Of a stretch of DNA of 64,000 nucleotides, positions 28,727 to 37,963 are shown one piece after another. The number at the start of each line of letters is the position of its first letter. Position 1 is the first letter of the stretch. This DNA is from Minisyncoccota bacterium (GTDB lineage: Bacteria; Patescibacteriota; Minisyncoccia; Phycocordibacterales; UBA9973), in the NCBI GenBank assembly GCA_041650615.1, contig JBAZKU010000001.1, positions 458,750 to 522,749 on the forward strand. The letters are read 5' to 3'. The position numbers and the translations under genes are program-made. Under the pieces are notes generated by a model. The model did not search any database. It saw nothing but the letters and a program-made list of their open reading frames with translations, and was not told where the DNA came from.

Positions 28727-30469
28727 TTATTTTTGAAAATAATATTCATAACTGGAAGCGTCTTTAAAGACAGTGGTTAAATTTCGGATATCCACTATTT
28801 TGTTGTCAAAATATTCATACACAGTTAATCTATTCCCGATTAGTTGAAGCTGATAAGCTGCTATATCCGGGAAGCTGACTCGTATTTCCTGACCATTGGA
28901 ATCAATATAACCGAAGGCTTTGGCAAAAGTATGAGAAAGGTCTTCCGCAAAAGTTTGTAGATTGGTCCCTTCTTGGTACCCATACGTTTTTGCAAATAAG
29001 GAATTTTTAATAATTTGTCTGGTGAAAACTGTTTCAATCCCTTCGTGGTAACGAACGATAGCATCCGAAGGGGGGGTGCTTGTCTGCCCCAAAACAAGAT
29101 TTGTCCATGTTCCTGTTCCTGTACTGCTTGTTCCCGAAGTAGTTGTCCAAGTTCCGGAACCTGTACTGCTTGTCCATGTTCCTAAACCATTTCCTAGTCC
29201 GACCCAAGTAACACTTCCTGTTCCTCCTGTTCCCGAAGTAGTTGTCCAAGTTCCGGAACCTGTTCCAGTTCCCCAAGTTCCGCTAGTTCCTTCATTGTCA
29301 GTTGTCCAAATTCCGGATTCATTAGTTGTAGTTGTAGTTGTTGTAGTGGTGGTGGTAGGAGTTGTAGTTGTTGTAGTGGTAGTGGTAGTAGAAGTTGTAG
29401 TATCCCTGCTCCCTCCTCCACTTGTGCTTGCACTAGAAGAATTTGTCGTAGTAAAATTTATTATTTGTGGCGCTGGAAATATTTTTTCTTCACCGCTAGT
29501 TGTAATATTTTTTACTGTAGCTCTGAATTGGTATTCTGTGTTTGGTTTTAATCCGGACAAGCCAAATTTTATGTCTCCATAAAGATTGGCATTATTATCC
29601 ATATTATAAGTTTGTTCTCCGGCTGAAACCCACGATGCGACACAAGCAGGATATACTCCGGTCCAACCGGTCGGGCATCCATTATTAACATTTTCTCCTG
29701 TAGGTATCACTAATTTTGCTTCTCTATATTGAAAGTAAGTTTTGACTTTTTCATTTGTGATTGTTCCATCAGAATTTGTTTTTGGAGAGCAATAGGAACC
29801 GCTCAATTGAGCAGAAGTTGATTTTATATTTTTTACGCTTTTTGTTTCTACAGTTGTGTCATAACAATTGGTATGAAAGCTTTTTACGGCACTTTCTCCG
29901 CCATAAGATATATTTTCTTTATTGGAAAGTATTGCGCAATAATAATATGTTGTATTTGGGCTTAAGCCGGTTATTTGTTGATAAAAAGAATTTGTTTCCT
30001 GGGTAGAATTGAAAAGAGAACCTAAACCTGGGGTGAAAAATGGAGCAGAAGTATAATTATTTCCTTTTCCATCTTTAGTAAAGCTTGCTCCTAAGTGAAT
30101 ATCCCCTGTTGAAACCATATTAGTGCCATAAATATCATTGCAGAAAATCGGTGAAATAACCGCTTTTGAATATCTAAAATATGCGGTAATTGGAGACATT
30201 TGGGTGACTCCGGTATTACACGGTATCCCTGTTCTTGTGCTATATCCTTCAAATGAGGTGCATCCCAACTGGTAAGTTGTAGTTATAGTGCCTGTCCCAT
30301 GTAATGTCGCAGTAGTTTGAGTAATATTGTTTGCGGAATCGGTAGAAAAAGAAAGAAAAGAAGGTGTATAGGCTTGCAAAATAAATGGAGCAAGAAATAA
30401 TGAGATTATTAGAATTTTTAATATATTTTTTTTCATTTCTTTTTTAATAAATTCCGATTGTATTTTCAA
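28727..30469 (-). CDS. Secreted Thr/Gly-rich repeat surface protein
   Basis: Signal peptide; poly-Thr tract (T10-P-T11) and repeated GTGSGTWTTTSG units; tandem ACN-codon repeats at DNA level. Confidence 0.6.
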   Translation of the reverse strand: MKIQSEFIKKEMKKNILKILIISLFLAPFILQAYTPSFLSFSTDSANNITQTTATLHGTGTITTTYQLGCTSFEGYSTRTGIPCNTGVTQMSPITAYFRYSKAVISPIFCNDIYGTNMVSTGDIHLGASFTKDGKGNNYTSAPFFTPGLGSLFNSTQETNSFYQQITGLSPNTTYYYCAILSNKENISYGGESAVKSFHTNCYDTTVETKSVKNIKSTSAQLSGSYCSPKTNSDGTITNEKVKTYFQYREAKLVIPTGENVNNGCPTGWTGVYPACVASWVSAGEQTYNMDNNANLYGDIKFGLSGLKPNTEYQFRATVKNITTSGEEKIFPAPQIINFTTTNSSSASTSGGGSRDTTTSTTTTTTTTTTPTTTTTTTTTTTNESGIWTTDNEGTSGTWGTGTGSGTWTTTSGTGGTGSVTWVGLGNGLGTWTSSTGSGTWTTTSGTSSTGTGTWTNLVLGQTSTPPSDAIVRYHEGIETVFTRQIIKNSLFAKTYGYQEGTNLQTFAEDLSHTFAKAFGYIDSNGQEIRVSFPDIAAYQLQLIGNRLTVYEYFDNKIVDIRNLTTVFKDASSYEYYFQK

Positions 30470-33218
30470 ACGGATAAGGATTTCCTAACCGTATGTATTT
30501 TGATCCTTGGGTTTCATGACCATAAGTATCAACTAAGTCACCTATGTATAACCTTTCTGGTCCTTCTCCAGGGAATTTAGAAAGATCAGTTGCATTTGAG
30601 AAAAAGGTAAAATTTAGAAATCCGGGGTCATAGATAAGATCATCGTTTAGATAAAGTGATGGTCGCCCCGATACCAAATTAGAATTAGCATCTGGCATTG
30701 TATTTAAATAACCGCTTCCCCATGGGTCTGGGAGTACTTGAAATCCATTATTAATCTTTTTTGTAAAATTATTATAATCATAAAGTATTGGATGTGGATA
30801 AGTCATCCTTTTAACGGAATTAACATTAAAGTCACTCCAGTCTGGATTGTACACTAGATTAACTCCTGGTCCCGCTGAAGAGAAATTTGTTATGTTTTGT
30901 GGGTTACTGAGAAAGGCCTCACAACCATAAGGTCCTTTCAAAAGATCATTATAGATGTAATTTTTTTTGTCAACGATTTGCTTATATAAGTTATCAGCGC
31001 TAGCTATATCATTTCCATTAACCATCTCTAAAGATAATCTTCCGAAAGCATTTATTTGAGTTTTTAATTCGTTTTCATATACGTCACCTCCGTCCGGGTA
31101 TTGCGCATTCAACAAATCAACAGCATCTTTTATTTGTCCTAATATATTTACAGTAGTTTTTAAAGAAATTATTTTATCTTCGTTGTTTTTTATCATCTGA
31201 GAATATCCAGTCAATTGATTAAAACTAGCGGCTGCTTCTTTAGAAACTGCAGGTAAAATTTCCGGACTGGAAAAATAAGTTTTATTCATTATTTCAATGT
31301 ATCTGCTTAATATTTTATTCAAAATCTGAGCTAATCCAGCTTGAGTTGATATATTATTATCCTGTGGATCCATAGAAGTATTGTTATGGGCATTACTTCC
31401 ACCATCATCACGAACTCGGAGTCCATAACCTGTTAACAAATAAAATAGATAAGAGTATTGCTTTCTGGCTTCGTAGGAAAGTTCCCCTGGATCATCAGAT
31501 TGTCCGAAGATTGAACCTAATATACCGCCAATGACAGGGATAGAACTGACAATATTAACAAAGGTGCTGTTCCCGGGCGCTGAATTTGCTCCGGGAATCA
31601 CTATATTTGTCAATGTTTCTTGCGCGTCTTGTTCCCAGCCCGGATGAGGTCCTGGAATACAATAATCCAATTGATAGATAGCTGGTATAAGTCCATATGC
31701 ATTGGAACGTCCTGTAACTACATCAATTTTATAAGGTTTTCCATCGGTGGTGGAATTGAGTTCTTTATTTTGTAGCGCGAGTTTATCAGAATAAGTTCTT
31801 TGCTCGTCTATTAAAGCTTGAGTAAGGTCTGTGCGGATATTGAAATCCGGATTGGCAGCTAGCCAAGAACTTGTAAGTTGAGAAGGCTCAAAATCCTTTT
31901 CTGTTTGGGTTTGAAATATAACGCCTGTGCTTACGTTGCTTGTGGTATACAAAGTTCCATCTGCCCCCTGATTTGAGAGACCAGCAAACCCTTTTTCCAT
32001 AATAGTGGAAGAGAATTGGCCTAAGAGGGCATCTGTAATAGCCGCAACAGCATCATTTAAATCTGTTGCATTTAGATATGCATTATTTTGATAATTAATT
32101 GCTGTCGTAGCCGCCTCGGATATTAATTTCCCCGGTGTAACATACTCCCATCTTTTACATATGCCTATTATGTTTCCTTCAGAATCCTTTTCTCCCGCTA
32201 TTAAAGCTTTATTATGTTCTTCCCTTGTAAGACCCACTGGGTCGGCGCAACGTTGGTCACCCAAAAATCCATTTGCCTGCGCTAGGGCTTCATGCACAGC
32301 CTCCGCTGTTGACTGTGTTGTTCCTTCTAATCTTTGCTGTAATTCATTGTCAGCCATTAATTTAAAACCAAGAGGATTATTAGCCGGGACTTGGGTCATG
32401 GCTGTCCAAGCGTTCCATCCGCCTTGGCTGAAATCTTCTTGAAAAGTTATCGCGGAATATTCTGGGTTGGTTTTTTGAATAAGTTCATTCAAAGAATAGC
32501 GTGCGTTATCTTGAAATTTATTATTGAAAGCTATAGCTGTATTTTGCATCCAAACTTTACCGAATGGAAATAATTGCGGGTCGCTTATTTCTAAACCAAA
32601 TTGCAATACTTCATTTTTGGCAATATCTCCAAAGAATTTACTTGAATCTTGGATGAAGGCAGGACTGCCGTCAAAACCGCTATTAATCCAATTAACCGTA
32701 CTGACAGTTAATTTTTGCAGAAGCATTTTTATAATTAATCGCCCGATGCTTTGGATGCAAGTAGAGTTTGCATTCATAGATTCAGTAGCCGTCTTCGTTG
32801 CCTGGGTATTTGCATTAATTGTATCTATTTTTTTTGCTGTTGCTGTTCCTTCAATATTAACCTTAATGGAATCACTTTCACTTGTTAATGAACCCGCTGT
32901 ATCATCTAGCATTTTAATTTCTCTTCCATTAAGATCAGAAATGCTAGAAATTTCCCCAAAATCTGTTATTGTTTCCCCTGAAAAATTTTCTGAACTAGAA
33001 TTTAATAAATTTCCAATCCCACTAAACAAGCTTTTTACTCCGCTATTTATTACATTTTTACATTGTGGTAATATGGCAATAGCTGGGGCCAGTCCGGTAG
33101 CATATCCTGTTAAACTTTGTGCTTCGGCCTTTTTAGGAATAAAACTCAAAGGCATCAATATTGTACTTATAATTAGGATGGGAGGGATTATTAAATTAGT
33201 AAGATATTTTTTCTTCAT
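30444..33218 (-). CDS. Large secreted protein (924 aa) of the T4SS-like operon
   Basis: Signal peptide/TM at the N-terminus, no recognisable catalytic motifs; 26-nt overlap with the downstream gene. Confidence 0.6.
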   Translation of the reverse strand: MKKKYLTNLIIPPILIISTILMPLSFIPKKAEAQSLTGYATGLAPAIAILPQCKNVINSGVKSLFSGIGNLLNSSSENFSGETITDFGEISSISDLNGREIKMLDDTAGSLTSESDSIKVNIEGTATAKKIDTINANTQATKTATESMNANSTCIQSIGRLIIKMLLQKLTVSTVNWINSGFDGSPAFIQDSSKFFGDIAKNEVLQFGLEISDPQLFPFGKVWMQNTAIAFNNKFQDNARYSLNELIQKTNPEYSAITFQEDFSQGGWNAWTAMTQVPANNPLGFKLMADNELQQRLEGTTQSTAEAVHEALAQANGFLGDQRCADPVGLTREEHNKALIAGEKDSEGNIIGICKRWEYVTPGKLISEAATTAINYQNNAYLNATDLNDAVAAITDALLGQFSSTIMEKGFAGLSNQGADGTLYTTSNVSTGVIFQTQTEKDFEPSQLTSSWLAANPDFNIRTDLTQALIDEQRTYSDKLALQNKELNSTTDGKPYKIDVVTGRSNAYGLIPAIYQLDYCIPGPHPGWEQDAQETLTNIVIPGANSAPGNSTFVNIVSSIPVIGGILGSIFGQSDDPGELSYEARKQYSYLFYLLTGYGLRVRDDGGSNAHNNTSMDPQDNNISTQAGLAQILNKILSRYIEIMNKTYFSSPEILPAVSKEAAASFNQLTGYSQMIKNNEDKIISLKTTVNILGQIKDAVDLLNAQYPDGGDVYENELKTQINAFGRLSLEMVNGNDIASADNLYKQIVDKKNYIYNDLLKGPYGCEAFLSNPQNITNFSSAGPGVNLVYNPDWSDFNVNSVKRMTYPHPILYDYNNFTKKINNGFQVLPDPWGSGYLNTMPDANSNLVSGRPSLYLNDDLIYDPGFLNFTFFSNATDLSKFPGEGPERLYIGDLVDTYGHETQGSKYIRLGNPYPFENTIGIY

Positions 33219-33243
33219 TTTTTGCTATTTTCCTTTTATTATA

Positions 33244-34179
33244 TCATTGTTTTGACAAAGTTGTTTCTAGGGCCCCCACTGCTTTTATTAAATCATCGCT
33301 ATATTTTTGATACTGAGAAAGTCCTGAGAGCCCAATAATAGGATCACTTACAATTTTCTCCATATTTAATACGCTTATGCCGGTGTTATTGGAGCTATTT
33401 GCTATTTGCAGATGATATTCAGCCAAACTTTGTGGAACATTCATTTCTATTACTTTTTTGGCAAAATTCTGATATGCGTTTCCTATTGTAGATAATTTAT
33501 CATATTGATTAGTATCATTTATTGTTTCACTGGTAGAATCTGTGGCAAGTCCGTTACTAATAATAATTAACTCGTCCCCTAATCCAACTTCCTGATAACT
33601 TTTGAATAGTTTTTGCATATCTTCATAATATTTTTGTTTTGAAACCAAGTTATCGGTAGTACTTATCTTTATATCTGCCTCCGAATAACGATCAATTAAA
33701 TTGGGATTCACTATATTTTGCCCGAGAGAGCTGGAAAAATTATTAATAGTGTCATTGTCAACTTGCCCGGAAGATTTCAATGCTGAATAACTGGCAAAAA
33801 ACTCTCTGGCAAACTTTTCGGTTTCCGTTAAATTTGCTTCATTGGCACTTGTGTTTTCTTCTATGTTCAATTCTTTCTTTTTATTTTCTATATAAGTGGC
33901 GTCGGGGGTATCATTAAAAGTTATTTTTTTGTTCGGATTTGTCCCCCAGAGAGATTCTTCCCAATCAGGGATGTTGTCATTATCTGTGTCTTTTTCTATT
34001 AAGCCTGTAATAGATTGATTCTCTACTTTCAGGGCAGTATCTTTTTCCCCTCCTATGTTAAAATTTTCTCCACTGGAGGACATAAAGAAAATCACAAAAA
34101 TAATTATCACTAAAACAATAATAACACTTGTTATTATTATAAATTTTTTACTCGGTAAGTATTTAAAATATTTTTCCAT
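33244..34179 (-). CDS. Bitopic membrane protein with DTDNDNIPD calcium-binding-like motif (possible VirB8-like scaffold)
   Basis: Single N-terminal TM then a soluble domain; thrombospondin-type-3-like Asp-rich motif. Confidence 0.5.
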   Translation of the reverse strand: MEKYFKYLPSKKFIIITSVIIVLVIIIFVIFFMSSSGENFNIGGEKDTALKVENQSITGLIEKDTDNDNIPDWEESLWGTNPNKKITFNDTPDATYIENKKKELNIEENTSANEANLTETEKFAREFFASYSALKSSGQVDNDTINNFSSSLGQNIVNPNLIDRYSEADIKISTTDNLVSKQKYYEDMQKLFKSYQEVGLGDELIIISNGLATDSTSETINDTNQYDKLSTIGNAYQNFAKKVIEMNVPQSLAEYHLQIANSSNNTGISVLNMEKIVSDPIIGLSGLSQYQKYSDDLIKAVGALETTLSKQ

Positions 34180-34220
34180 TTTTACTTTTCAATTTTATGA
34201 ACTTTTTACTTGATAACTTT

Positions 34221-34616
34221 TTAATATCTTGATGTTCCAAAAAGATTTATCGTATCTAAACTGACTATTTGGACATCTCCTGCCGGATTAGTACAGGTTA
34301 TCATTGTTTGCCCGCTATACCTGCCTAATATTAATTGACTCATTGTTGGAGTAGTTCTGGTTTTTGAGGTTATATAAGATGGAATGAAGTAGTCTGTTGG
34401 AGTACCAATAGGTGAACCAATTGGTGTGATTGAAATAGAAGTACCAGACATGGGACAAACATAACCAGTTGCTTCCAATATTGTTACTTCTGTGGCTTTA
34501 GTGTTAATTATTTTCCCCCCAAAGACTCCCCCCAAAAAAGAATAAGCAAAAACTATCTTGGCGCTAATAGATACCAAAAAAACTATTAGCAAAACAAAAA
34601 TGGTGCCTTTTTTCAT
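34221..34616 (-). CDS. Small secreted/membrane protein, first gene of the T4SS-like operon (pilin-like candidate)
   Basis: 131 aa, N-terminal hydrophobic helix, Thr/Ser/Gly-rich; TATAAT 6 nt upstream of its ATG. Confidence 0.45.
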   Translation of the reverse strand: MKKGTIFVLLIVFLVSISAKIVFAYSFLGGVFGGKIINTKATEVTILEATGYVCPMSGTSISITPIGSPIGTPTDYFIPSYITSKTRTTPTMSQLILGRYSGQTMITCTNPAGDVQIVSLDTINLFGTSRY

Positions 34617-34648
34617 ATCTATATTATAACAATATTAAGAGGTGAGGG

Positions 34649-35515
34649 CTATCCTTTTTTGTTAATATCTATGGCTTTGGCAAGATTTAACCAATCTTCC
34701 AACGTCAGTTCTTCTGCCCTTTTATTCCCAAGTATCCTGGCGGAAGCTATTCTTCCGTATTTTGAGAGAGTTTTTAAATTTGAAGAGAGTTTTTTTCTCT
34801 TATGCGCAAAACCAGCGTGAATTATTTCCCAAAATTTCTCTTCATTTATTTTATTTTTAATAAAATTTTTTCTGGAAATATTTTTAATAGCAATGACCAC
34901 TGAATTCACATTAGGAACGGGTGAAAAGTACCGTGCCGGTACCTTCATAATCGTTTCAGGATTTCCATATGCTTTTACCGAGATTGAAAGAATGCTTTCT
35001 TTTTTATCTCTAGCCATAATTCTTTTGGCGACTTCGTTTTGAACCATCAATATCATTCTTTCCGGCTGATTTTTCTCCGTCAGAAATTTTTTTAATATTG
35101 CGCCAGTGATATTGTAAGGTATGTTGGCAATAATTTTATATTCAAAATCTGGGTGTTTCTTTCGATTTTGAGCTTCCCGAGGGGCCCACTCGGTAATCCG
35201 AGAAGGGCGCAGGGACGAAAAATCGGAAGAAACATCCAGATTTAAGATATCGTCATTTATTAGGATCAATTTCTCATCTTTAATTTCCTTAGAAAATTTT
35301 TCTTGCAAAAATTTAAAAAGTTCATAGTCTTTCTCTATGGCAATTACACAGCCAGCTCTTTCTAAAAGTTTTTCTGTCAGTGCGCCTTTTCCAGGACCGA
35401 TTTCTAAAATAATATCTTCTTCAGAGATTTCCCCAGCTTCCACTATTTTTTTTAGCGCCAAAGCAGACTTTAAAAAATTTTGCCCTAATGATTTTTTTGC
35501 CTTGTATATTTTCAT
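34649..35515 (-). CDS. rsmA: 16S rRNA (adenine1518/1519-N6)-dimethyltransferase
   Basis: LGQNFL motif and SAM-binding EIGPGKGALT; carries an in-frame GC-rich repeat insert at 35170-35223. Confidence 0.9.
   Translation of the reverse strand: MKIYKAKKSLGQNFLKSALALKKIVEAGEISEEDIILEIGPGKGALTEKLLERAGCVIAIEKDYELFKFLQEKFSKEIKDEKLILINDDILNLDVSSDFSSLRPSRITEWAPREAQNRKKHPDFEYKIIANIPYNITGAILKKFLTEKNQPERMILMVQNEVAKRIMARDKKESILSISVKAYGNPETIMKVPARYFSPVPNVNSVVIAIKNISRKNFIKNKINEEKFWEIIHAGFAHKRKKLSSNLKTLSKYGRIASARILGNKRAEELTLEDWLNLAKAIDINKKG
35170..35223 (-). repeat. Family C GC-rich palindromic element inserted in frame in rsmA
   Basis: ~54 nt nearly identical (reverse complement) to the intergenic copy at 51432-51481; encodes SLRPSRITEWAPREAQNR. 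Confidence 0.75.
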
Positions 35516-37584
35516 ATATAAATTGTTTTTATTCCGCCCTTTTCCCTTTCTTTTTCTATAATATCACTGGGAATATCAGAAATGAATTCTGATGGAGTAT
35601 TTATTTGGCGCGAACCGAAAATAGTGCGGAAATTTACAAACGATAAAAATAATTTTTCTTTGGCGCGAGTAAGCGCGACATAAAAAAGTCTACGTTCTTC
35701 TTCCTTATCTTCGGCATTTTTTATTTCACCATCTCTTTGGTGCGGAAAAAGTCCGTCTTCTAATCCTGTGACAAAAACATATTTGAACTCAAGTCCTTTT
35801 GAAGCATGCACGGTCATTAATTTTACGGCATTTTTATTTTCTTTTTTTTCTTGATTAAACATCATTCCGTCTTGATCCGAAGCCAAAGAAGCATCTTCTA
35901 AAAGTTTTTCTATTCCTGTCCCATCCTTTAAATCATTATATTTTAAGGCTAAAGTAGCCAATTCCTTTATATTTTCCAACCTTTCCATGTCTTCTTCGGT
36001 GCCGGAAAGAAGTTCTTTCTCAATGTCGGATTTTTTTATCGTAAATCTTATAACATCAGACGCTTTTTCAGTTACTATTTTTTCTTTTATTTCTTCCAAT
36101 GTTTTATAGAAATTATCAACTTTTGTTTTTACTTTTATTGGTAATGTTTCTTTTTCGCCGGCGAAAATTTTAGCTAGAGTTACTTTTCCTATTCCCCTTG
36201 CAGGGAAGTTTATTATTCTTTTTATATCAGACAAACTTTCTCTGTTAAGTGCAGCCCGAAGATATGCGAGAGTGTCTTTTATTTCTTTTCTTTCAAAAAA
36301 TTTAACACCCAAAACTTGATATGGAATATTATATCGGAGCATTGCTTCTTCCAACGCGCGCGATTGAAAATTCGCGCGGTATAAAACTGCGACTTCGGAC
36401 ATAGATGCGGGTGTGCTTTGAGGGGGTGTCTCAGATGGCGAAAGGCGAGGTATTCTCGAGCGAACCCTTGGTAGGAGCGACGGCGACGGACAGAGAAAAT
36501 TTTCAGCAGAAAATTTTCGTGGTGAGTCCGAGAATACCTCACCTGAAGCCCTGTCCATAATCTCTAAAACTTTTGTCGCGACAAAATCCGCTTCGTCACT
36601 TTCATCCAATGCTTCGTAAAAACCGATTTTCTCACCGATTTTATTTTTGGTGAATAAATTTTTATCCGGCCTGTATTTATTTTTCTTTATTATTTCGTTG
36701 GCCGCCTCTAAGATGTTTTGAGTGGACCTGTAATTTTCTTCAAGCAAAATTATTTTCGCACTAGGGTAATCTTTCTCAAAACTCAAAATATTTTTTAAAT
36801 TGGCTCCGCGCCAAGAATAAATATTTTGATCGGCATCCCCTACCACGCAGATATTTCTATTTTTTTCAGAAAGCAAGCGCGACATTAAATATTGTACTTC
36901 ATTTGTATCTTGATATTCGTCAATGTGGATGTAATCCCATTTTTCTTGATAAATTTTTCTAATTTGTTCATTTTCTTTTAACAACTTGGTTGCTTTTAAA
37001 AGCAAATCGTCAAAATCCAAAGAATTTTCTTTGACTTTTTTCTTTTCATATAAATTCCAAACTTGCGCCACTATCCCCCCAAAAAAATCATGCGTTCTTT
37101 CTTTATAATCCGCCAGAGGAGTAAATTTCCCCTTTTCCCGGCTGATTATGTTGCCTATTTTCTTAGGATCGTATTGTTTCGGGTCCAACCCCAGCTCCTT
37201 TAATGATTCCTTTATAAGGGTTGTTGAATCTGATTCATCTAAAATAGTGAAATGTCTGGTTAATCCTAAAATTCTTGCATTTTCCTTTATTATATAAACT
37301 CCCAAGGAATGAAAAGTACTAATAAAAGGTATAGTATTTTGGCCTTTGGCATTTTCCTTAATTTCCGAGATAATTCGTTCACGCATTTCTTTAGCTGCTT
37401 TATTAGTAAAAGTGACAGCTAGAATTTTCTCCGGAGCGATCCCATTTTTGATTAAATTTAGTATTCTATGCGTTATTGTCTTTGTTTTCCCCGCGCCTGC
37501 TCCGGCAACAATAAGAAGCGGTCCGTCTATATGGATTGCTGCCTCTCTTTGTTTACTGTTGAGTCCCCTTAAATGTTCGTCCAT
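35512..37584 (-). CDS. uvrD: ATP-dependent DNA helicase UvrD/PcrA
   Basis: Walker A AGAGAGKTKTITHRI and SF1 helicase motifs; carries an in-frame ~95-nt repeat element. Confidence 0.9.
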   Translation of the reverse strand: MDEHLRGLNSKQREAAIHIDGPLLIVAGAGAGKTKTITHRILNLIKNGIAPEKILAVTFTNKAAKEMRERIISEIKENAKGQNTIPFISTFHSLGVYIIKENARILGLTRHFTILDESDSTTLIKESLKELGLDPKQYDPKKIGNIISREKGKFTPLADYKERTHDFFGGIVAQVWNLYEKKKVKENSLDFDDLLLKATKLLKENEQIRKIYQEKWDYIHIDEYQDTNEVQYLMSRLLSEKNRNICVVGDADQNIYSWRGANLKNILSFEKDYPSAKIILLEENYRSTQNILEAANEIIKKNKYRPDKNLFTKNKIGEKIGFYEALDESDEADFVATKVLEIMDRASGEVFSDSPRKFSAENFLCPSPSLLPRVRSRIPRLSPSETPPQSTPASMSEVAVLYRANFQSRALEEAMLRYNIPYQVLGVKFFERKEIKDTLAYLRAALNRESLSDIKRIINFPARGIGKVTLAKIFAGEKETLPIKVKTKVDNFYKTLEEIKEKIVTEKASDVIRFTIKKSDIEKELLSGTEEDMERLENIKELATLALKYNDLKDGTGIEKLLEDASLASDQDGMMFNQEKKENKNAVKLMTVHASKGLEFKYVFVTGLEDGLFPHQRDGEIKNAEDKEEERRLFYVALTRAKEKLFLSFVNFRTIFGSRQINTPSEFISDIPSDIIEKEREKGGIKTIYI
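36447..36540 (+). repeat. Family B MITE-like element inserted in frame (antisense) in uvrD
   Basis: 12-nt terminal inverted repeats GAGGTATTCTCG/CGAGAATACCTC; ~65-nt core near-identical to the intergenic copy at 43664-43766. Confidence 0.75.
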
Positions 37585-37963
37585 TCTTTGTTAATATTAG
37601 CACATAATAAAAATAGCCCAAATTTTAAGGCTTTTTGGTGTTTTCTCTAATTTGGTTGTCATGGTTATATAACACTAAAAATATAATGTCAATTAGTTTT
37701 CCACAGACTGGGTGGACTTAAAGCATGAAGTGAGCTACCCTTTAAATAATCCCGAATATGAAGCGAAGATTAAACTGTCTAAAAGAATAGAAATGTCAGT
37801 AACCATCGCGAGAGCCTTATTTTGCAGCACAATTCTGGTCGTTCTGTGATTCTGCCCTTAATTTTAAAGGGGCTGAGAGGAAAACTTGCGGTAATTAATT
37901 TGCCTTATAAAACCTCAATTTAAAATATACAGCTCTATTCTAGCCTTTTCCCTTGTATTTGGG

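Noticed and set aside
29076-29582. 168-aa plus-strand ORF (poly-Val/Pro) and 29194-29433 minus ORF
   Set aside because: Antisense or alternate-frame artefacts of the Thr-codon tandem repeats inside the Thr-rich surface protein gene
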